The translations under genes and the position numbers were made by a program. A stretch of DNA of 64,000 nt from the human T2T-CHM13v2.0 reference genome, Homo sapiens, in the NCBI RefSeq assembly GCF_009914755.1, contig NC_060933.1. One strand, given 5' to 3'. A model generated the notes under the pieces. It saw nothing but the letters and a program-made list of their open reading frames with translations. It made no database searches and was not told the DNA's origin. Positions 43,494 through 56,274 of this stretch are shown here, in pieces. Positions within the stretch are counted from its first letter, which is position 1. Each line of letters opens with the position of its first letter.

Positions 43494-44554
43494 GTAGGCA
43501 GCAGGCCAGAGCTGGCGCCTGCAGCTGCTCTCTGCCCATTTCCTCTCTTGCACAGCGTGCATTTTGAAATTATTAGGAGCTTTTGAGGCTGCTGCCTTCC
43601 CTTTGCTTTAGATTCTGACGTTCATGGGGTCCATGCTAGTCCACAAAAGCTGCATAGATCATGGTTGGCATGTCCATTGAGAAGGGTATGAGGCACAGGG
43701 TGCTGGAATCCTTTTTGCAGCCTTACCTATGGCTGCTGGGGCCCATCACTCCAGGAGCTGTAGTCTTACAGTCTTGGAATAAATAGTAAGGCTGGATGAG
43801 GCAGGGCCATGAGGCTGGAAGGGTCTTGGCTCTGGGGAGATTTCAGGGATCCCCTCACATGCCTGTGCCATAAGACTCTGGCAGTGTCCAGTTCCAAGGC
43901 CAACTCAGAGAAGAACCCTTTTAACTTCCCAAAGCTCCAGCCTTCTCTAGCTATCTCCCAGTTCCTCCCGGTTCCCACTTCATGATCATGCTGGGAAGGA
44001 GGAGAGATTCTGGATGCCATCCTGTCCAGTAGCCCTGTCTTCACTGACATTCAGAACAGACTATGGTGGGTCTCCTCAGTAACCCATGTCACATGACAAA
44101 AACCCAAAATTGCCTGGGTCAGTTGGATTCCAACCAGGCAAACTGATTTGGGCTGGAAAATCCCCACGCATTTTCACACCTTAACAGGAATGTTCTACTG
44201 TAGGGTTCATGAACACACAAATCACCTGGGGATTGATTAAAATTCAGATTTGGATTCAACAGATCTGGGGGTAGAGACCAAGATTCTGCATTTCCAGCAA
44301 GCTCCCGGGCGATGCAGATGGCAGTGCTGGTGGGGAGACCATGCCTTGAGTGTCAGGCTCTAATGTTCTTAGCTGAGAAGCAGAGAAACAAAGGGAGCCT
44401 CCAGGAGCCTGGAATGGGGAAGAGATAAATTACCAAGTTCTCTGCTCCGTGTCTGAGTGACTGAAGCCACATTTGTTGCACACATGTGGCAGTGTGTCCT
44501 GAGTTTGGATACCATTTGAGTTTCTTCCTCCCTCAACAGTCTGGACCGGATTAG

Positions 44555-45023
44555 CAGTGGTTTCTTAAGGAAATGTGACACAAGGGGTGGCCAGGGTCCA
44601 TGGATGGAATTCAAGAGGTCTGTGAACTTGGGTGGAAAAAAAAAATGCATCTTTGTTTTCAGTTACTTGTGACTACTTCAGTTATGAGTATAAGCATCCA
44701 TCAACAAAAATGTTAGCAATACCTGTGATTTTTATCTCCAAGAGGAATCACATATTGTTACAGACATTTCAAAATGTCACTTATGCTCATCTCTTTTACA
44801 GTGCAGTATCGGACCGTACTAGATCTGTTTTTAGTGCTTTAATATAGAAGCACCTATAGAATTATACTGCTGGTTTGTTTTTTAGTTGTTTAATAACTGT
44901 ATTTGAGTATTATCGATTTCCTTTGTATTTTATACATTTGGAAACATTATTCTGAGGATTGTCCACAGGCTTAACCAGACAGCCAAAGGCACCATGGCCC
45001 CAAAATGGTTACAAGCCATGGTC
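44555..45023 (+). mobile_element. hAT-Charlie (Charlie4-like) DNA transposon fossil
   Basis: CAGTGGTTTCTTAA start, GGTCCATGGATGG..TGTGAACTTGG motifs, ~470 bp. Confidence 0.55.
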
Positions 45024-45194
45024 CAAAGAGACCACTGGAGGGAGCCCTGGAGGCTGCTTTCTCTGCATGTTCCAGCTCACCTGGGGCCGACCTTCCCACT
45101 TTAGTTACCCGTGTTTACATTTCTCTTTATGCCAGTCACCAGCTGACCCTCCTACGTGGCCCTCTTCTTAACTCATGGTTTCTCTACCCATCAG

Positions 45195-45286
45195 GCAATG
45201 TTTACAAGTTTCAGACTGGTTCCCGATTTCATGCAATACTGTGGCACAAGCATTTGGATGATGCATGTAAAAGCAACAGGCCTCAG
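45195..45286 (+). CDS. RALGPS1: RALGPS1 exon [31 protein letters not shown] (end of PH domain)
   Basis: ctacccatcag|GC...CAG|gtaaag. Confidence 0.97.
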
Positions 45287-47349
45287 GTAAAGTCATCAAA
45301 ATCCTGCTTGTCACCTGAAATATCCTCTCCCACCCTTGGAACTAAGGGTCTTTAGAAAACAGGGTTCCCTTCTTCTTTCAGAGCCCATTAGCCACACTCT
45401 CAGATACCCTCTTCTGATCAGCATCTTCCCTTGAGACAAGGCACCCCCTTGCTCAGCTTAGAACTAAGCCCAGCTCCAGACCAGAACTTTGAATCTGGTT
45501 CCTGTGTCTTTCCCACAATAGGAAATGCCACAGAAACACCCACTGGGGGATGATTATGAGCAGCTGTGATATCACCCCAGGATCAGGTTCTAGCATCTAT
45601 TTAGGTCATCCCTGCCAAGAGCTGACTTCATGGGAATACTCCAGACTCACTAAAGGGCCTCCCTGCCCCACAACCCTTGGGAATAATGCGGCTAGCTAAC
45701 TTACTGACAGCCAGCCATGGACCACGCAAAGCTGCTGGTGAAAGGGGGTCCCTAGCTTCTCAGTGTGTTTGAGCCAGCAGGATCTGTCTTGACATAGGCC
45801 CTCTCTGGCCTGGCTCATGGTATGGCCCCCTCCCCTGGTCGCCCCCAGCCGTCCCACGAAGGGTGTTATGCGAAATGTTTCCCATGCAGGAATTGGCTGA
45901 ATTCTCTCAACATCCCTGTGAGGTAGATTCTCTTACTGTCTCCGTTTTATGCTGAGGGTCCTGAGGCTCAGAAAGGGGCAGACACACATTTAAGGTCCCA
46001 CATTAGTGAGCAGTGGAGCTGGGATTGAACCCAGGTCTGCCTGACTCCCCCGATTGTCTGCTTGTTGCCCCTGAGCCCTCCTGCCTCTCCTGCCTCCACT
46101 TCCCTGGTAACCCCTGCAGCTGAGCAAAAGACTGGAAGCACATCCCCAGCTGTCAAGGCTTATGAGAGAAATGGCTACCTGAGCCCTCAGCAGCAGATGG
46201 GGGCGGGCTGAAGCCTCCTGCTCCCTGGGGGTCAGGTGGGCAGCACTGATGCTCCTGTCCCTAAGTGTCCATGTGTGTTTTCCCCAGGGATCAGCCAGAG
46301 GAGGAGCGGGGGAAGCAGGAGTCCTCTCCTAGCCCATCTTGGGAGGGCTAGGCGCATGGCATAGAGGGTGGCGCTTCAAGGAGGACAGTTAGGCGTAGTG
46401 CCTGGGAGTAGACTCAGCAGGCCCCTTGCAGGCAGCAGCTCTGAAGTCTGGGGGACCTCAGCAAAGGCAAGTTCATACCAGGCATTTGGGTCCAGGAGGA
46501 TGGGGACTTCATGGTGCCACGTGGCACAGTCACAGACTTCCTGGTCCCTCCAAGTGGTTCTGGAAGCTGAAGGGAGGTCTCTAGTGACAGTGACAGGTCC
46601 TAGGGCTCTGTGCTCAGCTCGGTCTGTAACACAGATGAGGACAAATACAAGAAGCTGATTGCAATTACAGATGATAAGTTAGAAAGCAGAATTAGCAAGT
46701 TCTCAGAATTAGTCCTCGACCAACTAAAACAGGACAAGACCAATACAAGAATAAACATGAGGTGCCACAGGGAGGTTCCAAATAGATTGCACTTGATTCC
46801 CTTGACTCACCCATCTGACTTCGGGGAATTTGTCCTAGGGATGTGTACACACATGTGCTCAAAGATGTGTTTAAGAATGTTCACTGCAGCATTGTTCTTG
46901 ATAGGAACCAAAACCCTGGAAGCCTCTGTGACCCTTAGGGGGACCCTATTGTGTGACACTTGATAGTTATTAGAAAGAGGCAGATCAGGGCAAAAACATT
47001 TGGAAAGGATGATCTCATCTGTATAAAAGTTCTAAGATGATACACAAGAAATGGTAATTCTGTAGCTTCTAGAGAGCTTTATGTATAGTTTGTACACTGA
47101 ATAAATGTAATTGGCCATCCGTATGACAGGAAGACAAGGGTTTTGGTCGGCAGCCATCTCAAGGTGATCCATTGAGACAAGGTGCCAAGACCTGAACAAG
47201 GCTGCCGCCGCCCCAGCTTGCATTAAGAGAGGAAGAGCATCCTGGCCTCCTCCATACTGGTCACACCATGTGTGTCTGGGGTCCCTCAGTAGCTCTGAGG
47301 GCCGCTCTCTTAAGAGCATAGCACACTGAAGCTCCCCTACCACACACAG

Positions 47350-47445
47350 GAAGCCGGAGCAGCTCCAGGTCCAACAGGAACTGACAGCCACGAGGTGGAC
47401 CACCTGGAGGGCGGTGCGGGGAAGGAGGCAGGGCCCTGTGCCTGA
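47350..47445 (+). CDS. RALGPS1: Probable RALGPS1 alternative last coding exon EAGAAPGPTGTDSHEVDHLEGGAGKEAGPCA*
   Basis: Phase-0 acceptor cacacacag|GAA (weak pyrimidine tract); TGA at 47443-47445; AATAAA at 47764-47769; peptide matches my recollection of a RalGPS1 C-terminal variant. Confidence 0.55.
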   Translation, partial: EAGAAPGPTGTDSHEVDHLEGGAGKEAGPCA

Positions 47446-49183
47446 AGCCTGGGCACCATGGTGGCCCCAGTCAGGAGCAACAGTGGTAGCCCTGAGTAAA
47501 ACCCATTGTCCCTCTTTGGAGGAGCGGCCAGAGGATGACAGCAGCCCCAGCAGGCAGCAGTGCCTGGGCAGGCTGATCCAGCAGAGCACTAATGGGTCAG
47601 TTTCATGTATTGGCAGATGTGGTGTAGCATGGCAAGGCTACAAGTTTTAAGGATTTTTGTCTGATTTTCAGACCTGGAGGAGGGGATTTTTCTTCCTACT
47701 TTCCCCCTTTTTTATTTCTAATTTACTTTCAACCAAATATTCCCACTATGTGCTATATGTAATAATAAAAAGTTGACAACAACTGAAATATTCAACAGCA
47801 GAGGATGATTTAAGTGAATCACAGTACATCCGTGTGATGGAATGCCAGGAGGGTGTAAGAAAGAGTGTGACAGAAATGCATCTATTCACGAGGAAACATC
47901 GCAGTGACTAGAGTGATTTTCTGTTCTGTGGAACTGCATGTCCTAAACTTGTTTTTATTAACACTGAATACACTTAAACCTTATCTATAACATATGTATA
48001 GGTATAAACAACAGCAATAAAACACCTTATTGCCACCATGAGCCTAACAGCAGAGCCACCAGGGCCTTGGAATGCTGTCCCTCACCATGGCCTCTTCCTA
48101 ATTCGGTTTCTCTCCCTCCCACCTGTGCCCCAGCACCACTCTCCTGATTTGTTTGCTGATTATTCCTTTAGAATTGCAGGTCACGTACTTGATTCCTTCA
48201 TGTGTTGTCTGGGGTGCATTTTTAAACTTTCTTATAAATAGAACCATAAAGATGCATTTTCTTGTGTCTTGCTTTTCTCCTGTAACATGTTCCTAGGATT
48301 CATCTGTGTTACCACATGTAGCAGTCATTCATTTATTTTTACTCATTTTGTTTTTATTAGTTCTTCTGTTGGACATCCCAGGACTGATTTTCCGCTTTTT
48401 TGCTATAGTGAACAGTACTGCTAATGACCATTCTTATAACTGTCTCCTGGTACATGGAGATGCATTTTTTTCCTAATTCATAGTTTGACCAAACTGACAC
48501 CAAAATGGATTTTTTTAAATGAAATTATTTCTAATCAAATCCTCCCACAGCAGTGCTGAGGGAGGAGGTCTGGGGCTGAGGACCTGTTGGCAGCTTTTGG
48601 GGGTGGCAGAAACACTCTGACCTTGGGGCTAGTGGTCCCGCCAGTAAAGGGGTCTAGGATCTTGTCCTGAGGGCAGAGCTGTGGGAAGGTCTTGGGGTTT
48701 CTGATATCCCTGAACTGACTCTTTCTCCCATGCTTCCCTTTGCCAACTCCAGCCACCCACCCTCTGCACACACCTCAGGCCTTCAGGATTTGTCTCTCTG
48801 CCCCAAGCGCAGTTTGATTTTCACTGAAGGAGATAGGTTAAGAGCATGGGCTCTGGGTTCTTAGCCCTGCTGCTTACTTGCTGTGTACTGAACCTCCCTA
48901 AGCCTCAGTTTCCTGTCTTTGTAATGAGGACGATCCCAGTGCCTGCCCCAGGGGTTGAAGTGAGGACTCAAGAACGCAGTGCATGCGGTGGATTCAGAGC
49001 AGTGCCTGGCACGCAGCTGCCACTTCACATGGGGTGGCTATTGTTATTGCCATACCCTCTCCCTACCCAACCTGCTCATTCCCAGACTCACGGGGAAAGG
49101 CCTGTCCCTTCCCCTAGGGACCACCACCCCTTGTCCTTCTCTGAGGTCGGAACTTTAACAAGAGGCTGAGCTTTCTCTTCTAG

Positions 49184-49213
49184 GTACCTGCAAACCTTAT
49201 GTCATTTGAGTAA
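49184..49213 (+). CDS. RALGPS1: RALGPS1 last coding exon VPANLMSFE*
   Basis: ctttctcttctag|GTA CCT GCA AAC CTT ATG TCA TTT GAG TAA. Confidence 0.97.
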   Translation, partial: VPANLMSFE

Positions 49214-52200
49214 GTCTCTGCAGGACGTGGCATGACTTCAGAGGCTTCTGGGAACCCAGGCTGGGCCTGGTGGTGAAGAGCAGTCCTGGGCACAGGCTGT
49301 GAGCCAGGGTGCTGGGAAACTCACAGCTGGACTCAGGGGACACGGCCTGTGGCCTCACCATCCCAGAGGGCTTCACCAGTGTGGGATCCACCTGTCAGTC
49401 CCCAGCGACTCTCATGACACTCATTCTGCAGCACCGCCTCTTGGGGCAGTGGTCAGACCCCACACGCCCTCTCTGGGCCCACCACCTGCATCTGCGACTA
49501 GAGAGCACCCGGCCCACGTTGGGTTCTCAGTGCTTTCTACTGCACAGAGTGGACAGCGCTAACTAACCTGTGAGAGGGGCCCGAGAGAAGGAACAGCTGT
49601 GGAACAGGCTTTTTACACCCCAAGTGCATGGGGTTGCTCGCCCACAGGGCTGCCTCAGATTTTGTACAACCCCGAAGCGTCCTCTGCGTGTGCGTGCTGT
49701 ACGTGTGTGTGTGTGTGTGAGCGAGTGTGAACTCTTCAAGAAACATGCATTTTGGCACAAGACTCGTGACATCACACACTTCATTCGCTTTGAGGCCCTG
49801 CTTTAACCTTAAGTTATAGCCCTGTCCACCGAGGAAGGTCAGGGTGAGAGCCTAGATTCCTCCTGTGTCAAGGGTCCCTCGCATTCTTTTACTGTAAACA
49901 AACAATGCCTTAAATTGTGTCTTGTTTTCTGTTCCTATGGGTGCTATTCATCTGGAAGGCCTGCTTCCAGGCCTCTTTGCTGTCAGCCCTTCTGAGACAG
50001 GACCTGGCTTCAGGACTGTGGACTGGGCTGCTGGCCTGCTTGCTTCCTCCCTTCCCCATTCCTAGCAGGGCCTGAGGCCCTCCTCTTCTCGCCCTTCCCA
50101 CCATGCCAGAATGGGAAGTTGTGACGTTGCAGCTCCAACCGACGTGCTCATAGTGATCAGCTGTGCAGGAGCCATGAGGCACCAACCTCTCCCCGCAGGG
50201 CAAAGCCTGTGCCCCCATCATCTCACTCCTTTGCCTGCACTGCCAGGGTGGGGCCCACCAAGATTCCTGATCATGACGGGAAGCTGAGTGACCCTGAGGC
50301 CTTAAGCTTCCCCAGTCTTGGCCCCAAATGCAGTCACCAGCAAGTTTTCCATTTTCCAAGTCCAAGGGCACAATTGTTGATGACCGTGTGACAATAGAGC
50401 GAAGCCCCGGGGAGTGAACGGTCCAACCTCTGCATTCAGTTAGGAGCTCTTCACATGAATCACATCCTTATCTGTCACCTTGTGTCACATTTTAAAGTGA
50501 CTTTTATTTTGCACAAATAATTTTTATTCAGAATAATAAATCACTCTTTATCATAGTATCTTCTCTTCCCTCTTCCCCTTTAGTTTGGATAGCCTAACTC
50601 TGAGAAGTTAACCCTTAAACAGTTTTCTGGAAGAGACTGAATTTCTGGGTCCTTGCAGCTGTGATGGTTTCAGAGCTCAGACTGATCAGGCATCAAGCTA
50701 CCCTCAAGAGTTTCTGGGCTGGATGTTTCAGAACAACATCTACACCAGTAAAGTGTAATAGGTCAGTTTCAAAACGACCAAAAGACCCACCACTGTATTT
50801 TGACCAAATAATGACAACTTCTTTAGAAATTTGAATGGCTTGGTGAGGAAAGTAGTTGTCACCAGGGCCTCATTTTGTAGTTGAGCCTTACAATGCTTAG
50901 TAGTTCATCTTCTTTTTGAGCAAAGACTAGAATACTTTCCTCCTAAGAGAAACTCCCAGGTGATAAAAGTTGATGCCATCAAACCTTGACACCGGGTGCT
51001 CTGCACACCCACGCGGATGTTGCACCTCATTCTCCCGATGACTATTCAAATCAGCATCTAGAGGCTGAATGACAATGCCAAACACTCCACCTCTGATCAG
51101 AACCATGCAGTGTTAACACTTTAACCTACATTGAATCTGATTCTACCTGTTAACTTTTAAAAAGTCGTAAGTTTGGATGAAAGTGCAAGATGTGGAACAT
51201 CAACTACCTATTTTCCTTGGGTTTTTCCACTCTGCAAACTGTCCTGGTTTTTCACACCAATGAAGTATTATAGATGCCAATCCAAAACCTCAGAATTTCA
51301 GGCACCACAAAAACAGGTAATTTTCTATCCCTTATAAGTTTGTCTTTTCTTTCAGAAACATCTCTTAGCCTAATTTGAAATAGCACAATCACAATTCAAA
51401 ATGTTTAGTCTTCTCACTAATTGAGTCTGCTTCCACGTCCTCTCCCAGGAACATTCTTAGCTCGGACTCTTGAAGAATCTCTTTAGATTTTGTTGGCAAA
51501 AGCCTTATAGAAGCAGTAAGAGGCTTGACCACGCCGGAAGAGTCCTGGAGCTAAAGCTGGAAGACACTCAGCTCTCTAAGCAGGGGCTCGGCCAAACATG
51601 GGAGTTAAGTGCTGCTTGTCTTCCCAGTGTTGGTTTGAACCCTGTGAGCCTGAGACAGAGAGGGCCAGGCACCAACCACAAGGCGGGAAAGTCCATGGGT
51701 AGACCCTCCCCCTGGAGGGAAGCATTTCTAGTTTTTGCTCCTTGACTGTCCAGAGTGTACAAATGTTCATAACGCCATTGAAGGGATTATTTCTTGCATG
51801 CATATGCTGAATTTTTTTAAGCAAATGGATCATGGCACCCCAAAATGAAAGTTATAGAAAGCTGTCTACAACTGTGGAGTTGGTAGCTGGTAACATTGTT
51901 GTCTCAAGAACAACTCACCTCTCTCCCTAGGACTAATTTTTGTCTCTCTCAGTTGAACATGTTTTGTCATTCAAGATCAGTCAGGTGCATTCTGGCAACT
52001 GACATACTTGATGGAGGATTGATTCGGTAGAGAGCAGTAGAAATCTTGTTCTAACTGTGCCTGGTGAGAGACTTTGGCCCCCTCCCTCCCTATAAGGCTG
52101 TGGAACCTGAGGAAGTAGATACTTGAAGAGATTCTGTTTAGGAAGAAACTCACTCTCTTTTGCCAGTTGAATTTATAGAGCATTTTTTTTCTTACCAAGA

Positions 52201-53640
52201 TGGCCAGTATCATTTTACCCCCACCTCCCAAGCCCCAAGAGGTGTACCTTTTCAGATGCCATTTTACAGGCGGAAATGCTCCATGAAACAGGAAGCCACT
52301 TGCAAGCAACATCTGCTCTGTTCCTCAGGTGGGGCCCAGAGCCCTTCCCCGAGACTGCTGATGTCTGTAACCACTGGGGAGCACTGCCAAAAATACAGCT
52401 TTCTGGTTTGTGAGCCCATAAATGACTTAAATCAGCTTTACATCATTTTTACATATCAAGTGGTTTCATGTTAAAAAACAAACTCCTAGTCCTTTAGAAA
52501 TAACAGATTCTCTGCACAAAACCACCCATTCATTCATTTATTCATTCACAGCACTAGCAAGTGCTGCCTATGCTGAGAACAAGTCAGATCTGATCCCTGC
52601 CCTCATGGACCTGACCACTCAACAAACAGTCCCCACCACACCTATCTCCTTAGGCAAGACTTTGCCTCTCTCCTAGTCCTGAGTATAAATCCTGTGCATA
52701 GATTCCTCTAGAAAGGCATCAAAAGGCTCAACAGACTGAATGGCCTCTTGGTCTGCGAAAATTCAGTTGCAATGAGGATGAAGTCACTATCCTAGAGGCT
52801 GCTTGGCCCAGAAGAGCCAGGCACAGAGCTGCAGTTGGGCACGCCAAGGATTCCAAAGGTGGAATGAGAGAGTAGGGTCAAACTGTCACAGTATCTGCTC
52901 CATAGGTTTCTGTTTTTAATTTCAATGTTAAATACAACTACAATATGAGCGAGAACTGCATTTTCTTGGGTGTTGAGAACTTGTACCATGGACTTCAGAC
53001 CGCCTTGCAGCCGTATGCTGCACAAGCGTGTACACCCCCTGGGCAGCCTCAAAACCCCGCTTACAGCAGCAACACAGGAGATCATCTGTCCATTTTAGAA
53101 CCATTAATCTCTTTATCCATTGCTGAACGACTGTGACTATTCAGTAACGAAGTAATAGTAATTAATTAGTATGGTATAATCTTTAATAAATTTCGTGCCA
53201 AAATGCATGGTTTTCCACTTAGCATTCAAAATGTTGCATAGAGAGTAGTTTTCAATTTCTTATGTACTCTTCGAAGTAAGTTGAAAATCAGTTTCTACAT
53301 TTTAATTCGTTTCCTGTTAAATCTGTTGCACTCTCCTGGGCTGTCTTTTTCTCCAGCAGACCCCTGCATGCAGTTGTGTAAGGACTTTCTCTAATTCTTG
53401 TGAATCGTCTCACCCGCAGTAACCACTGAACGTCAATCAGCCCTCCATGGGGTTCTTTCGATTTTTGGTGAAGTATTTTGTTACCTCAGTCTTGTATCAA
53501 GTTGCTGTATTTTTCAGCTTGTTACATTGATAATAATTATTTCACTAATTAAATACTTTAATGTACAAACATCTTTGTTTACTTTGAAATTAAATGTGTT
53601 TTCCAATGAATGTTGCTCAGTTTATTAAAGTCACACACAT
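49214..53640 (+). other. RALGPS1: RALGPS1 long 3'UTR (~4.4 kb, no Alu)
   Basis: Follows the stop codon; AU-rich distal end with clustered poly(A) signals; exact end uncertain. Confidence 0.75.
53548..53629 (+). terminator. Distal poly(A) signal cluster (ATTAAA at 53548, 53589, 53624)
   Basis: Hexamers with nearby UGUA (53563) and U-rich context. Confidence 0.65.
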
Positions 53641-55350
53641 TCACTTAGCAAACAGTTGCTGTTTCAGATAGACACAAAGGAGGCATGGGGTGCCCAAAAC
53701 TCAGCTAGGACGTAACCAGAACATAAAAACCCTGCAGGAGCAGCATCCTCAGGAAGGGACAGGCACTCCAGGGAGAGAGGCAGAAGACCTGGGGATGCTT
53801 TAGAGAGCAGTGGGTATTTGGAGATTCAGTTCAGAGGCTGCAGAACACATGAAGGGTGGGGGCAATAGGGAGACAGAAATGAGAAGGAGCAGGATGAGGC
53901 TGGGAAAAAGGAGGCAACCTGATCTCACTGAGTACAGGTTTTGCGGGAGTAATGGGATTTAAGTCTGAAAAGATATGTTGGGAGGACTTCATGGTGTTAG
54001 GCAAAAATCCAGAACTCCATTATACCTCGCTTGGAGAAAAAGGGCTGTCTTAAACGGGTTATCTCATGGAAACCTGAGGGGAGGACCAGGGGCATCTCTA
54101 GAGGGGCTGGAAGGACAAATAGAAACACCTCGTCTACATCTTTCGGTGCTATCTGGGCAGCCCCTTCATTCTCTCACAAAGTTCAGGCCTTACCAAGAAA
54201 GAACCTGGAAGTCACTGAGGAAGTGTGCACCAGGGGGTGATGTAATCCAAGTTAACTATAGGATCCCCTGGCCCGGACTGCCTCAGTTTCCCAGCCAGTG
54301 CCTTCCAAATCTGCAGTGGCCAGTCCCCCAAGCACAGGTTCCCCCCAACAAGCACACTCCTCGGGCTCTGCTCCACCATCCCAGTTCCAGGCCAGCATGG
54401 CCACACCTCCCTAGCTACGACAAAACCCCGCTTGCCGAGGTAGCCCTAGCTTACCTCCTCCTCCTGATTTAGACAGCACGGTGGCCCCAGCTTTACCCAG
54501 ATGGGGTCGCTGCCCTCAGTCACAGTGCAGTGTTCAAGGTCCCTGAGAAGAATGCATTTGACTTAGCGAAGTGGGGATGGGGTTGGAGGTTGTCACAGTT
54601 GGAAACTAACAGTCAAGACTCGAACCCACCACAACTGGTATCCAGCAAAGCTCCAGCCCCTTAGCATCAAGGCGTCAGGCGCCACAAACGGCCACCAGGA
54701 GACAGCAATACCTCCCCCTTGATGGGTGGCGGGATCCCGGAGCCAACGCAGACCGGACGTCGGAACGCCGCTTTAGCCCCGGGTGCGGGCATCTACCCAG
54801 CGCGGAGCCTGCGGGCAGGCTGGGCGACGGCACGGGAGGAGGGAGTGGCTGGGCGGGGCCACCGAGTTTGGGCGGGGCCTCTCGCGGCTGGGCGGGGCTG
54901 TGGCGGGCCCTGTCAGAGCAGAACTGAGCAGGCGGTGGAGCTGGGTCTGGTCCGGGCACGGAGTGGGGGCTTCGAAGGGAAAAGGCGGGGCTCCTGGGGG
55001 CGGAGCCATACCTGTGGGCGGGACATGGGAAAGGAGGGCCCGAGGGGCGGAGCTACAATAGAAAGGGCCAGGAGGTGCTGAGGCGAGGAGAGGCCGAACT
55101 CCAAGGGACGACGCTCGCGGAAGCAGAGGTTTAGGGTGAGTGCGAGGGCCTTGCGCGAGCTCAGTAGTGCAGGGGTAGGTGAGCGGGGCCTGGGTCTGTG
55201 CCGAGGGGCAAGCAGCAGGAGGGGTGGGGTCGTGGACGGGACAGTCGAGGTTAGGGTGGGCGTTTTGGGCCTGTGGGCCTCGCAGAGGTGCAGAAAGCCG
55301 GCGGCAAGAACCCCGCGGGGCTGGCGCGGGAGGGGCGTTACCGGAGCGCG

Positions 55351-55392
55351 GGGCGGGGCGTGGGCGGGGCGTGGGCGGGGCGTGGGCGGGGC
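55351..55392. repeat. (GGGCGGGGCGT) x3.8 tandem Sp/KLF boxes
   Basis: Read directly. Confidence 0.9.
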
Positions 55393-55755
55393 CTGCTCCG
55401 GGCTGAGGGCGCGGGGGAAGCAGAGCTGGAGTTGGGAGCGGGGCCGGGGCGGGGCCTGTAACAGGCTGAGCGGGCGCGGGGCGGGGCCGGGACCAGGGTG
55501 AGTGATCGCGGGGCGGGGCTTGGGCCCAGCGGAGGGTCTGGGCAGGCTGGGGTTCGGGGCGGGGCTGGGGCGGGGCCTGAACCAGGATGAGAGGCGCGAG
55601 GCGGGCTGGGCTGTGGTTCGGGGCGGCGCCGGGGCGGGGCCTGGGCCCAGCGAGGGGAGAGGGGCGGGACGTGGGCTGCGGCGCGCGAGCCGAGCGGCCG
55701 GCCGAGGCCCGAGCCCACCCGAGTGCGCCCGAGCCCGCGGCCCCCGCCCGGGGCG

Positions 55756-55847
55756 ATGGAACCGGAGCCCGGCGGGGTGGCCGCTGCGCTCCTGCGGCAG
55801 AAGAGGGCGGCGCTGCGGCGCAGGGGGTGCAGCTTCGAGAGCCCAAG
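55756..55847 (+). CDS. GARNL3: Candidate coding first exon MEPEPGGVAAALLRQKRAALRRRGCSFESP, likely an alternative GARNL3 N-terminus
   Basis: Strong Kozak GCGATGG; donor AAG|gtactg (phase 2); downstream of the GC-box cluster; next exon not seen in window. Confidence 0.55.
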
Positions 55848-56274
55848 GTACTGCGGACGGGGAGGGGTGCGGCCGGGCGGGGTGCCGGCCACGTGGGGGG
55901 ATGGCGATGTGAAGGGACAGCGGGGCGAGGCCGTGGCGTGGGAAGGGTCTGCGGAGGTTCTCAGGAGACCGGGCGCGGAGCCCGGGCTGAACGGCCGTGG
56001 GCTGTGGGAGGGGCCGGGCCGTCGCGCGGGAGGTGCAGGGACGGGTGTCGGGCGTCCAGAAGCGTCGGTCCAGTGGCAGGCCCCGCACGCCCGCGGCTTC
56101 GGCGGGGCATGGGCTGAGGAGAATGTGCCCTGCCCACCTCTGGTAAACCCTCAAGGGCAAGGTCGGGAGCTCACCCCTCCGTCCACTGGAGGCTTCCTTC
56201 CGGCGCCCGCGTGCCCTGGCAGCCGCACACCTGCTGCCTCCGCGGCCCGGCTCGCCCTGGCGCCCGCGGCCCCC

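Noticed and set aside
46597-46760. Possible terminal exon gtgacag|GTC... VLGLCAQLGL* with AATAAA near 46750
   Set aside because: Acceptor lacks a pyrimidine tract; no other support
49690-49800. Possible miRNA-like hairpin or SECIS in the 3'UTR
   Set aside because: Complementarity is short and driven by (TG)n/(CA)n; the stop is TAA and no SECIS core was found
54773-56160. Long minus-strand ORFs (357 aa, 415 aa) across the CpG island
   Set aside because: Pro/Arg/Ala low-complexity products expected from stop-poor GC-rich DNA; no recognisable domain
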